Shown: positions 41,021 to 50,382 of the stretch, piece after piece
Layout: each line of letters opens with the position of its first letter
Position numbering within the stretch: the first letter of the stretch is position 1
Assembly (NCBI GenBank): GCA_965199495.1
Contig: CBDASK010000003.1
Coordinates: 2,016,001-2,080,000, forward strand
Length of the DNA stretch: 64,000 nt
Reading direction: 5' to 3'
Source: Abditibacterium sp.
Lineage (GTDB): Bacteria; Armatimonadota; Abditibacteriia; Abditibacteriales; Abditibacteriaceae
Notes under the pieces: generated by a model
Seen by the model: the letters and a program-made list of their open reading frames with translations, nothing else
Database searches by the model: none
What the model was told of the DNA's origin: nothing
Translations under genes and position numbers: made by a program

Positions 41021-41055
41021 AAGGATAAAGCATAAAGGAGGAAGGCTCAAGGCCA
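41021..41055 (-). repeat. Heptamer tandem array (AAGSNNN x5) ending 7 nt before the efp ATG
   Basis: AAGGATA AAGCATA AAGGAGG AAGGCTC AAGGCCA on the + strand. Confidence 0.65.
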
Positions 41056-41193
41056 ACGGCGACTTTCGCTGGCGACTTCGGTTGCTGGCTCGCTTGAATA
41101 TGGGCATTTCATTTGCGTCGAATCGGGATAAATTAACTCGCGCCCCCACCCAAACCTTTGTGGGGGCGGCGCTCGAAATTCTCCAAAAAGATC

Positions 41194-42612
41194 ATGTTCC
41201 CCTTCAAAAAACCTCCCTCGCGCGCCGAAGTCGCCCGAAAAACCGTCATTGATGTCGCCGATTCGTTTTCTCATCACGCGCTCGATTTGCTGGAAAACGC
41301 GACCGATTTTATTGAGGGCGCATTAGACAGCGCGCACGACAAACTGGAAATCATCGGCGAAAAAGTCGAGCATGCCGTCGAGAAATCGCCGCTCGAAAAA
41401 GCCAAGTTAGCGGCGGGCGCCGCCGCCGTGGCTGCCAATGTAACGGCTACGGCGAACCAAGCCGCCGAAAAAGCGGGCGCGCTCAAAATGGGCGCCGCCA
41501 GCGCAGCAGCCACGGCGGGCCAGAGCGTCGCCGGTAAAGTCGGGCAAACCCTTTCCAAAGTGCGCACCCCCGACGATGACGTGCCCGACGTGAAACGCGC
41601 GCGCAAACAGGCGCAAAACCAGATTGACACCATGAACAAAGAAGCCGCCAATTACAAACGCGAACTCGAAAAAGAGTTGGCGCGCGACCAAAAACTCTTC
41701 GACGCCGAACAAGAACGTCTGCAACGCGAATATAACGAGTTGCAAAGCGACCTTTATCGGGCGCGTCGCGAGGCCGAGGAAGAGCGCAAAACGTGGGACA
41801 AAAAGCGCGAGCAAGACGATGAGAAACGCGACATCGTGCGCGTGCCAATCGCGCCGACCGACCGCGTTGTGGGATTTGACGACGATGACGATGAGGACGA
41901 TTATAACGACGGCGATTTTCGTTACGACGATGACGAAAAGCGTAGTGGTGGCAACGCGTGGCTCATTTTGGGCGGATTGTTATTGGCGAGCGCGGGCGCG
42001 GTTTATTATCTGTTTTCCTCGACCGATGGCAAGCGCAAACGCGCGCAGATTCAGGATCGTGTCGGGCAGGTCGCCGATGGCGTGCGCGAAAAAGTAACGC
42101 AACATTCGGACGAAACCGGTGAACCCAGCGTCGAAGAAGTGACCGAAGCCGCGAGCGAACTTTCCGATTTTTCCAACGAGAAAATCGCCGATGCCGATGA
42201 TTTGATCGGCGCAACAATCGAAGCCAAGTTGCCGCCAACGAGTTCTTCTGTCAGCCAACCCAGTTTGCCCAACAAGGCCGTGGATAAAATCGAGGAAGTC
42301 AGCGACAAAGTCGCCGACGGCATCGCGGGAGCGGGCGCATTTCTGGCCGACAAACTCGAAGCCGCCGGAGCGGGCGCCAAAAGCGCGGCCCACTCCGCCG
42401 CCGGAAAACTCGACGATGTCAAAGACAAAGCCGCCGCCAAATTGGACGACGTGAGAAAGCCAGCGCCCGGCGCGGCCAAAACGCCCAACGCCGTCGTCGT
42501 TGAGGTGATCAGCAACGAACCCGTCACTAAAGAAACGACCGAAGAAGTTTTGGCCGAAGTCGAGGCGACCGTGCGCAACATCGAAAATTCGGCGCGCGAA
42601 GAAAGGAAGTAG
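41194..42612 (+). CDS. Hypothetical coiled-coil, single-TM protein (YtxH/LEA-like character)
   Basis: Ala/Asp/Lys-rich helices. TM segment followed by SSTDGKRKRAQIQD. Confidence 0.7.
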   Translation: MFPFKKPPSRAEVARKTVIDVADSFSHHALDLLENATDFIEGALDSAHDKLEIIGEKVEHAVEKSPLEKAKLAAGAAAVAANVTATANQAAEKAGALKMGAASAAATAGQSVAGKVGQTLSKVRTPDDDVPDVKRARKQAQNQIDTMNKEAANYKRELEKELARDQKLFDAEQERLQREYNELQSDLYRARREAEEERKTWDKKREQDDEKRDIVRVPIAPTDRVVGFDDDDDEDDYNDGDFRYDDDEKRSGGNAWLILGGLLLASAGAVYYLFSSTDGKRKRAQIQDRVGQVADGVREKVTQHSDETGEPSVEEVTEAASELSDFSNEKIADADDLIGATIEAKLPPTSSSVSQPSLPNKAVDKIEEVSDKVADGIAGAGAFLADKLEAAGAGAKSAAHSAAGKLDDVKDKAAAKLDDVRKPAPGAAKTPNAVVVEVISNEPVTKETTEEVLAEVEATVRNIENSAREERK

Positions 42613-42626
42613 GGAAAGAGAAACGC

Positions 42627-42660
42627 AAAAGCCGCGAGAATTTCGATTCTCGCGGCTTTT
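42627..42660. terminator. Intrinsic terminator
   Basis: AAAAGCCGCGAGAAT-TTCG-ATTCTCGCGGCTTTT. Confidence 0.88.
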
Positions 42661-42687
42661 GTTTTGCCGGTGAATTTTACCAGCCTG

Positions 42688-43176
42688 ATGCAACCTTTTA
42701 TTCTCACGCTGTGGCTCGACGCTGAATCGGCGCGCCGATTTAACGAACTGCGCCAGCGATATTTTCCGCGCGAACGTAATTATCTCGATGCGCATTTGAC
42801 TTTATTTCACGCTTTGCCCGCCGAAGCCGAAACGTGCATTCGCGCCGATTTGGACGAGATTTGCGCGCGCACTCCCAAACTCGATTTGAGTTATCCCGGC
42901 TTGCGATTTTTAGGCAAAGGCAGCGCCGTCGAAGTCGAATCGGGCGAATTAGTGCAACTGCGTCGCGAACTTTCAGCGAAGTGGCGCGATTTGCTCGGCG
43001 CGCAGGATTCGCGCGTGATTAAGCCGCATATAACGATTCAAAATAAAGTCGCGCCCGACCCGGCGCGCGCATTGTTCGATCAATTATCGCGCGACTGGCA
43101 ACCGTTTGACGGGTCGGGCGAAGGGCTTTTGTTGTGGCGCTATCAGGGCGGCCCGTGGGACGCGGCGGGGCAGTAG
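42688..43176 (+). CDS. 2H phosphoesterase (2'-5' RNA ligase family)
   Basis: Two HxT motifs: AHLTLF and PHITIQ. Confidence 0.88.
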   Translation: MQPFILTLWLDAESARRFNELRQRYFPRERNYLDAHLTLFHALPAEAETCIRADLDEICARTPKLDLSYPGLRFLGKGSAVEVESGELVQLRRELSAKWRDLLGAQDSRVIKPHITIQNKVAPDPARALFDQLSRDWQPFDGSGEGLLLWRYQGGPWDAAGQ

Positions 43177-43202
43177 AAATTCGCGGGTCAGCCGATAATT
43201 TA

Positions 43203-43325
43203 GCGAATGAATTCGCGGCAACGTAGGGCTAAGCCCGCCTACGCGGACTGGAATTAAGACCCGAAAGAGTTCGCCCGCAGTCCGCGTAGGCGGACTTGGC
43301 TCTACGTTGCCGCGAATTCATTCGC
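43203..43325. repeat. Palindromic element, family F (GCGAATGAATTCGC...CCGCCTACGCGG)
   Basis: 48-bp arms 43203-43250 and 43278-43325 with 3 transition mismatches. Confidence 0.88.
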
Positions 43326-43392
43326 GGGAATAAGAGCAGCGAAACTCTTTGTGACCACTTGAGACCGGAACAATTTATTTACTACCCAATGC

Positions 43393-45414
43393 TTAAACCC
43401 ACGGAAAACCGGGCACGCTCCAGCCACGCGCGATGTTTCCAATACTCCAGAAGACTGCCGATGTGAATTCGCCCAAAATCAGGCCCAGCATGAAGGGCGC
43501 CAGCTTGCGATACGTGTCTATGCCGCCGAACTTCAGGACGGCGCTTTTGACGATCCACGCCACCAAAAAAGGAAACCAAAAAACCCACATCGTCCATGTC
43601 GGCGCCAGAGCGTAGCCCAACGGGTGAAGGGGAAACCACGAGAACTGCGCGCGCGCCCACACCATCGCGATTGTCAAAACGATGCCCACAGCCAAACCGC
43701 CGTAGGATGTCGAGTCGGGCACGAAACCGCTACCGCTACCAATCGCCGCGCCCTGATTGAACATATTGCGCGCGTTGAACTGCGGATAATCGTAGAGCGC
43801 CAAACCGCCCGTCTTGTAATTGGTATAAAGCATGAACGCGCAACTCACAACAAAGGCGACGACGATGCTGCCCAACAACGGCCAGCGCATCGCGCGCGGC
43901 TTGAGGCCAACTTCGACGGCCATTTTTTGCGTGTCCATGAACGGCGAGAGCAACACGCCGCGCAAATCGCGCGCAAATGTCGCGTTGGTGAGTCCCAGCA
44001 TCGCCGCGTTGTGCGGCCCCATGCCCGCGAGCGGATAGACCAGCGAAATCAGATGTTGCGGCAAAAACGAGGTTTCGGTCATCAAAAGTCCGGCCTCGGC
44101 CACCGCGCGCGACATCACGACGGCGACGAAAAAGATGTAAATGGCCATCTGCGCCAAGGCCAGCCACGGGTTTAGGCCCGCCAGTCCCAGCCACAAAACG
44201 ATACCGCCAAAGCTCAAAATTAGCCCTACAACGGCGGCGCGATAGGAAAAGAGTTCGCCCGAATCGTCGCCCGCTTCGCCCAAATGCGCGCGGTTGCCGC
44301 GCCCCAGCCACGCCGACTGCAACACGACTTTAAAGCTCGGCCAGCCCACGCGCGCCCAAGTGAAAACCAAAACTAAATACGCGCCCGCCGCCTGAAATCC
44401 CGTCCAAATGCGCGCGTTGTGAGTCACGATACTCATCGGCAAACCGCCCATCTGCACCGCCGCCGCATCCTGTAAACGCGTGAGGACGAAGAAAAACCAC
44501 AGCGAAAATAGCAAATCCGTCGGCAAAAAATAGGCGAATCCCAAAGCGGCCAGCGAGAAATAAATGTTGAAACCGTCCATCGAATTCCACGGGCGCTCAG
44601 AAAAATAGGGCTTCAAATCCAAATCCATCACGAATTTGGGCACATCGGGAAAATTGGCCGCCAATCCGTTGACGCCAAAGATAAAAAACGCGAAAAGGGC
44701 GCCCGCCCACATCATCGGGTTGGAGAAAAACGGCTGGCCTTCGATTTCGTCTTTAGCCAGCGCCAAAGGCAACGCTGTGAGCGGAAATCTGAGCTGTTCG
44801 TTGTCCATCCATTGTTTGCGCAGGAGGGTTGCCAGACACAAAAAGCACCACACGACGCACGCCCACAACGCGCCCCACGCCACCAATGGCCCCAGCCACG
44901 TCGCCCACGGAATCGCGCCGCCGTTGCCTTCCCAAAAACCCGAAATCGCGGGCGGCGCGGCGCCAACCGCGTTGGCCGGAGAAAACGGCATCGCCCACGC
45001 GGGCATATATTGGCTGACGGTTTCGGCCAACTTATTCTCGCGCGTCGCAAAATAAGGCAAATAAGCGAGCGGCGGAATTAATTTTTCGATGATGCCGCGC
45101 GTCGAAACCATCACGCCAACCAACGCCATCGCGTAAATCACGATGAGTTCGGCGGGATTGAGAATTTGTAACTTCGCCCATTTCACTAGACCGCGATTAA
45201 ATAGCGCCAATCCCAGCAGCGCCACAACGGCGGGCGGCGCGATCTGCAATACGCCGAATTGCACGACTTTCGAGACCATATCGGCGTAAATGCTGAGGCA
45301 GCACAGCGCCATAACCAAAGGCAAACCGAGGAGAAAAGTGCGCGCCCGCACGCGCGGTGGCTCTAATGTTGGAACCGATTTGAGCGGCGCATCGGTTGGG
45401 AGAACTTCGGGCAT
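43393..45414 (-). CDS. Polytopic membrane protein (DUF6785/DUF6784-like)
   Basis: LRKQWMDNEQLRFPL, RAVAEAG, WFPLHPLGY, and W..K..VLKFGG...PFMLGLILGE. Confidence 0.8.
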   Translation of the reverse strand: MPEVLPTDAPLKSVPTLEPPRVRARTFLLGLPLVMALCCLSIYADMVSKVVQFGVLQIAPPAVVALLGLALFNRGLVKWAKLQILNPAELIVIYAMALVGVMVSTRGIIEKLIPPLAYLPYFATRENKLAETVSQYMPAWAMPFSPANAVGAAPPAISGFWEGNGGAIPWATWLGPLVAWGALWACVVWCFLCLATLLRKQWMDNEQLRFPLTALPLALAKDEIEGQPFFSNPMMWAGALFAFFIFGVNGLAANFPDVPKFVMDLDLKPYFSERPWNSMDGFNIYFSLAALGFAYFLPTDLLFSLWFFFVLTRLQDAAAVQMGGLPMSIVTHNARIWTGFQAAGAYLVLVFTWARVGWPSFKVVLQSAWLGRGNRAHLGEAGDDSGELFSYRAAVVGLILSFGGIVLWLGLAGLNPWLALAQMAIYIFFVAVVMSRAVAEAGLLMTETSFLPQHLISLVYPLAGMGPHNAAMLGLTNATFARDLRGVLLSPFMDTQKMAVEVGLKPRAMRWPLLGSIVVAFVVSCAFMLYTNYKTGGLALYDYPQFNARNMFNQGAAIGSGSGFVPDSTSYGGLAVGIVLTIAMVWARAQFSWFPLHPLGYALAPTWTMWVFWFPFLVAWIVKSAVLKFGGIDTYRKLAPFMLGLILGEFTSAVFWSIGNIARGWSVPGFPWV

Positions 45415-45490
45415 AAAGTCCTTCCAGTGTGCGCTTTATACTCGCCCGCTGCAAACGGAGCAGCGAAGTTTGAAAAGCGAAATTTGAGTT

Positions 45491-45952
45491 TCAAATAATC
45501 GGGGTTTTGACAGGATTTTTTGCGGGAGCTACAATAATTGTTTTCCACAAACCGCCCAGCGCAAACAGTGTGATCAATGTGCCGATGCCCAGCGAACTCG
45601 CTGCGTTATTCCAAATGTTTAAAGCGAAAATTACGACGTGAGCGATGGCGTAAATCAACAATATCTTCGGGAGTTTCGGCGACAGATCAGCGCCCCCGGC
45701 GCGCGCACAAACCACGCCCGCTGCGCCAAAGGCCGCGATAATCGGCAACCAGTTGGGAATTTGCATGCCCCACAATGTCAAATTGCTTTTCCACGCGTTC
45801 GCCAAAATCACGATACCATCAGCAGGAATTTCAGTAGAAAAACCGCCGAAATTGTTGGGAAACGAAGTTGTAAATCTTCCCCACGTTAAAAACGAGGCGA
45901 CGCTCAAAACAATGAGCCACGCCCACGCTGCCGCCGGAAGGGAATTTTTCAT
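45491..45952 (-). CDS. Hypothetical membrane protein
   Basis: Four hydrophobic segments, co-oriented in the operon. Confidence 0.7.
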   Translation of the reverse strand: MKNSLPAAAWAWLIVLSVASFLTWGRFTTSFPNNFGGFSTEIPADGIVILANAWKSNLTLWGMQIPNWLPIIAAFGAAGVVCARAGGADLSPKLPKILLIYAIAHVVIFALNIWNNAASSLGIGTLITLFALGGLWKTIIVAPAKNPVKTPII

Positions 45953-45977
45953 GGTCTCACAATTTTACCAATTTCGC

Positions 45978-46520
45978 TCACCAAGTCCACAAATGCGGTT
46001 CGATAGTTGAGCCTTCGATAGTCAGCAAGCCGCAACCGTAATTTTGTCCCATGCGCTTATCGGTTGGCGAGCCGGGGTTAAACAACAAAACTTCGCGGCC
46101 CTCGATGCGATGCCACATCAACATCGGATTGTGCGAATGGCCGAAAATCAGGCAATTCACGTCGTCCTCGAACTCGAATAACGAGAGCGCGTTGGCGGCG
46201 GTTGAATTGTTGCCGGGAAATTGACCGAGCGGTTTTTCGTAGCGCGTGCTGCCCCGATCGCCGTGGCACAAACCGATGACGACATCTTCGACTTCAAAGC
46301 GGCGCGAGCGCGGCAGTTCGAGATGCGCGGGGTCGTTATTGCCGCGCACGCCGATGACGGGCGCGATGACCGACAAATCGTTGATGGCGCGGCGCGCGGT
46401 GAAATCGCCCGCGTGCAAGATGTAATCAACGCCGCGAAAATACTCGAACACGCGGCCCGGAATGCAGCGCCGTCCGGTTTCCGAGAGGTGAGTGTCGCTA
46501 ATAACGCCGATTTTGTGCAT
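45978..46520 (-). CDS. Metallophosphoesterase (YfcE/MJ0936 family)
   Basis: ISDTH, HAGD, VRGNND, HG, FGHSH and NPGS. Confidence 0.93.
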   Translation of the reverse strand: MHKIGVISDTHLSETGRRCIPGRVFEYFRGVDYILHAGDFTARRAINDLSVIAPVIGVRGNNDPAHLELPRSRRFEVEDVVIGLCHGDRGSTRYEKPLGQFPGNNSTAANALSLFEFEDDVNCLIFGHSHNPMLMWHRIEGREVLLFNPGSPTDKRMGQNYGCGLLTIEGSTIEPHLWTW

Positions 46521-46527
46521 AGTTTTT

Positions 46528-46632
46528 AAGGTGACAAGTAGCAGGTCTCAGGTGGCAAGTGAAGGAAGCGCGCACTTTCGCTCAACTTTTAATTTCTTCC
46601 CTTGCCACTTGTTACTTGAAACCTGACACCTT
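46528..46632. repeat. Inverted heptamer arrays (gene-less element) filling the argC-phosphoesterase gap
   Basis: AAGGTGACAAGTAGCAGGTCTCAGGTGGCAAG at 46528-46559 and CTTGCCACTTGTTACTTGAAACCTGACACCTT at 46601-46632, both with 7-bp period. Confidence 0.8.
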
Positions 46633-47706
46633 TTAAGGAAAAACCGGCGCGCTGTTTAATCCCATCGTTTCGGGCAAACCGAACATAATGTTTAAGTTTT
46701 GCAGCGCCTGGCCGGACGCGCCTTTAAGGAGGTTATCTTCCGCAGATATGACGATGAGGCGACCGGTGCGAGCGTCAACTTTCGTGCCAATGTCACAGAA
46801 ATTCGAGCCGTTGACGTGCTTAATCTGCGGGTATTGGCCCAACGGCAAAACGCGCACGAAGGGTTCGTGCTGATAACATTCGGTCAAAATTTGATGCGCG
46901 TCTTCGCTCGTCATTTCGTTCATCGGCGCGGCGTAGCAGGTGCTTAAAATGCCGCGCGCGACCGGCAATAAGTGCGCGGTAAACGTAATAATCGCGCGCG
47001 CTTCTGGGTCTTGCGGATTGGGCGAAACATCGTTGAGCATCTGCTCGATTTCGGGCGTGTGACGATGTCCGGCGACGTTATAGGCTTTGAAATCGCCGAC
47101 GTATTCGGGAAAATGCGTGCCGACACCAAAGCTGGCGCGCCCGGCGCCCGAAACGCCCGACGCGCTGTTGACGATAATCGAATGCGCCTTAATCGCAGAT
47201 TTGGCGATGAACGGCGCCAAAGCCAAAATCGCCGAGGTCGGGTAACAACCGGGATTGGCGACGAGTTGAGCCGTTTTAATTTTCTCGCGATTCCATTCGG
47301 GCAAACCGTAGACGACTTCGCGAAGTAATTCGGGCGCGCTGTGTTCGAGATGATACCATTCGCGATAAGAATCGGCGTCGCGCAAACGGAAATCGGCACC
47401 CAGATCAATCACGCGCACGCCACGTTTTAAGAGTTGCGGCGCGATTTCGAGGGCTTTGCCGTGTCCCAGCGCGATAACAGCCACGTCGCACGTATCGGCG
47501 ATTTCGTCGAGGTTAATTTCGCTCAAAACCAAATCGCACACGCCGCGAAGGGACGGAAACAGATCGGATAATTTACACCCGACGCGTTCGCCCGACGCCG
47601 TGGCTACTGTTAATTGTGCGCCATCGTGGCCCGCCAAAAGGCGCGCTAATTCGGAGCCGGTATAACCCGACGCGCCGATGAGGGCGACGGAAAATTTTTC
47701 GCTCAT
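46633..47706 (-). CDS. argC: N-acetyl-gamma-glutamyl-phosphate reductase
   Basis: GASGYTG, DLGADFR, ANPGCYPT, SGVSGAGR, HRHTPEI and DNLLKGASGQA. Confidence 0.97.
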   Translation of the reverse strand: MSEKFSVALIGASGYTGSELARLLAGHDGAQLTVATASGERVGCKLSDLFPSLRGVCDLVLSEINLDEIADTCDVAVIALGHGKALEIAPQLLKRGVRVIDLGADFRLRDADSYREWYHLEHSAPELLREVVYGLPEWNREKIKTAQLVANPGCYPTSAILALAPFIAKSAIKAHSIIVNSASGVSGAGRASFGVGTHFPEYVGDFKAYNVAGHRHTPEIEQMLNDVSPNPQDPEARAIITFTAHLLPVARGILSTCYAAPMNEMTSEDAHQILTECYQHEPFVRVLPLGQYPQIKHVNGSNFCDIGTKVDARTGRLIVISAEDNLLKGASGQALQNLNIMFGLPETMGLNSAPVFP

Positions 47707-47785
47707 AGCAAGGCAGTTTAGGCTAAAACTAAACTTTCTCAGAAGTCGGCGCGAAACGGGTAAATTCGGCTTCTCCAAAATCACT

Positions 47786-48436
47786 ATGAAAAAAGCATTA
47801 ATGGTCTGGGGCGGTTGGGCGGGTCACGAGCCGGAGCAAACCGTGAAACGGTTCGAGCCGTTTCTGCGCGACAATGGTTTCGAGGTGCGCATCGAAGACA
47901 ACATGGACGTTTACACCGACACCGAATATATGAAATCGCTGTCGCTCGTGGTGCCGATTTGGACGATGGGCAGCATTGAAAACGAACAGGAAAAAGGTTT
48001 GCTCGAAGCCGTCAAGTCGGGCGTCGGCCTGGTCGGTTGGCACGGCGGAAGCGGCGATTCGTTTCGCCAGAACACCGGCTATCAGTGGATGATCGGCGGC
48101 CAGTGGGTCGCGCATCCGGGCAATATCATGGATTACACGGTGCAAATCACCGACAAAGACCACGAAATCACGCGCGGCTTGAACGATTTTTCGATGCACT
48201 CGGAGCAGTATTATATGCACACCGATCCGGGCAACCACATTTTGGCGACCACGACATTTTCGGGGCAGCACGAAGGCGCCGATTGGATTGCGGGCACGGT
48301 CATGCCGGTTTTATGGACGCGTATGTGGGGCAAAGGCCGCGTGTTCTATTCGTCTCTGGGCCATGTCAACTCAGATTTTGAAGTGCCCGAAGCCGCCGAA
48401 ACCGTGCGTCGCGGAATGTTGTGGGCGGCGCGTTAG
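47786..48436 (+). CDS. ThuA-like (class I glutamine amidotransferase-like) protein
   Basis: WGGWAGHEP, GWHGG, GGQWVAHPG, SEQYY and GRVFYSSLGH. Confidence 0.9.
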   Translation: MKKALMVWGGWAGHEPEQTVKRFEPFLRDNGFEVRIEDNMDVYTDTEYMKSLSLVVPIWTMGSIENEQEKGLLEAVKSGVGLVGWHGGSGDSFRQNTGYQWMIGGQWVAHPGNIMDYTVQITDKDHEITRGLNDFSMHSEQYYMHTDPGNHILATTTFSGQHEGADWIAGTVMPVLWTRMWGKGRVFYSSLGHVNSDFEVPEAAETVRRGMLWAAR

Positions 48437-48439
48437 GTA

Positions 48440-48628
48440 AGGAACAAGGGGCAGGGAGCAAGGGACAGGGATAGCGGAATTTACTTGTTGGGACTGGTAT
48501 CAGACTGACAGGTGGCAGTGTTTTAAGCAGACAACTTCCGCAATAGCTAAAAATTTCCGCTAAGATAACAACAAATAGCGGACTGAAATTCCCCCAATCT
48601 TGTCCTTTGTTCCCTATCCCTTGTCCCA
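48440..48628. repeat. Purine-rich heptamer array (48440-48474) and complementary pyrimidine-rich array (48601-48628)
   Basis: AGGAACA AGGGGCA GGGAGCA AGGGACA GGGATAG, then TGTCCTT TGTTCCC TATCCCT TGTCCCA. Confidence 0.85.
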
Positions 48629-48637
48629 TTTTTTATC

Positions 48638-49039
48638 ATGGCTATCAAGCGTTTTGAAGACATCAAATCTTGTCAAGAGGCGCGCGTGTTGGCCGGAGAA
48701 ATTTACGAAATTACAAATGGTGGTGATTTTGCTCGCGACTATGGTTTGAGAGACCAAATTCGGCGGGCCACAGTTTCGATATTGAGCAATATCGCCGAAG
48801 GCTTCGAGAAAGATACGCCGCGCGAGTTCTGTCGATATTTACGCATCGCAAAAGGCTCGGCGGGTGAGGTGCGCGCCCAACTTTACGTGGCGCTTGATGT
48901 CGGTTTTCTAACCGAAACGCAATTCAATTTGCTCTATAATCGCGTCAGCACTATCAGTCGATTACTTCACGGACTGGTTCGCCAACAAGAAGCCGTCATA
49001 GATTCTCAACAACCTCCGCGCCCATCCAAAACATTGTAA
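48638..49039 (+). CDS. Four-helix-bundle protein (23S rRNA IVS-protein / bAvd-like fold)
   Basis: FEDI...DYGLRDQIRRATVSILSNIAEGF...F.RYLRIAKGSAGEVRAQLY.A.D.G. Confidence 0.93.
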   Translation: MAIKRFEDIKSCQEARVLAGEIYEITNGGDFARDYGLRDQIRRATVSILSNIAEGFEKDTPREFCRYLRIAKGSAGEVRAQLYVALDVGFLTETQFNLLYNRVSTISRLLHGLVRQQEAVIDSQQPPRPSKTL

Positions 49040-49049
49040 TCTCTTTACT

Positions 49050-49077
49050 TGTCCCCTGTCCCTTGCTCCTTGTCCCT
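49050..49077. repeat. Pyrimidine-rich heptamer array downstream of the four-helix-bundle gene
   Basis: TGTCCCC TGTCCCT TGCTCCT TGTCCCT, ending 6 nt before ATG 49084. Confidence 0.85.
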
Positions 49078-49083
49078 TAGAAT

Positions 49084-50190
<1,107 letters not shown>

Positions 50191-50246
50191 ATTTGGAAAC
50201 GGCGAGCGCTCGAAGTGTTCGCTGTTTTTGTTAAATTCGTAGCTTC

Positions 50247-50382
50247 TATAGCTTTTCCTAATTAGCAAACTACACCAGCGGGGCTGACGCCCTCTTCCAA
50301 TCGGCGGAGTTCCTCGAAAGCGCGCTGATTGGAAGAGGGCGTCAGCCCCGCTGGTGTAGTTTGCTAATTAGGAAAAGCTATA
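50247..50382. repeat. Palindromic element, family G; perfect 56-bp arms overlapping the kinase stop codon
   Basis: Arms 50247-50302 and 50327-50382. Confidence 0.9.

Noticed and set aside
48638..49039. Four-helix-bundle gene as the Avd of a diversity-generating retroelement, or as a 23S rRNA intervening sequence
   Set aside because: No reverse transcriptase, no TR/VR pair differing at adenines, and no rRNA context in the window.
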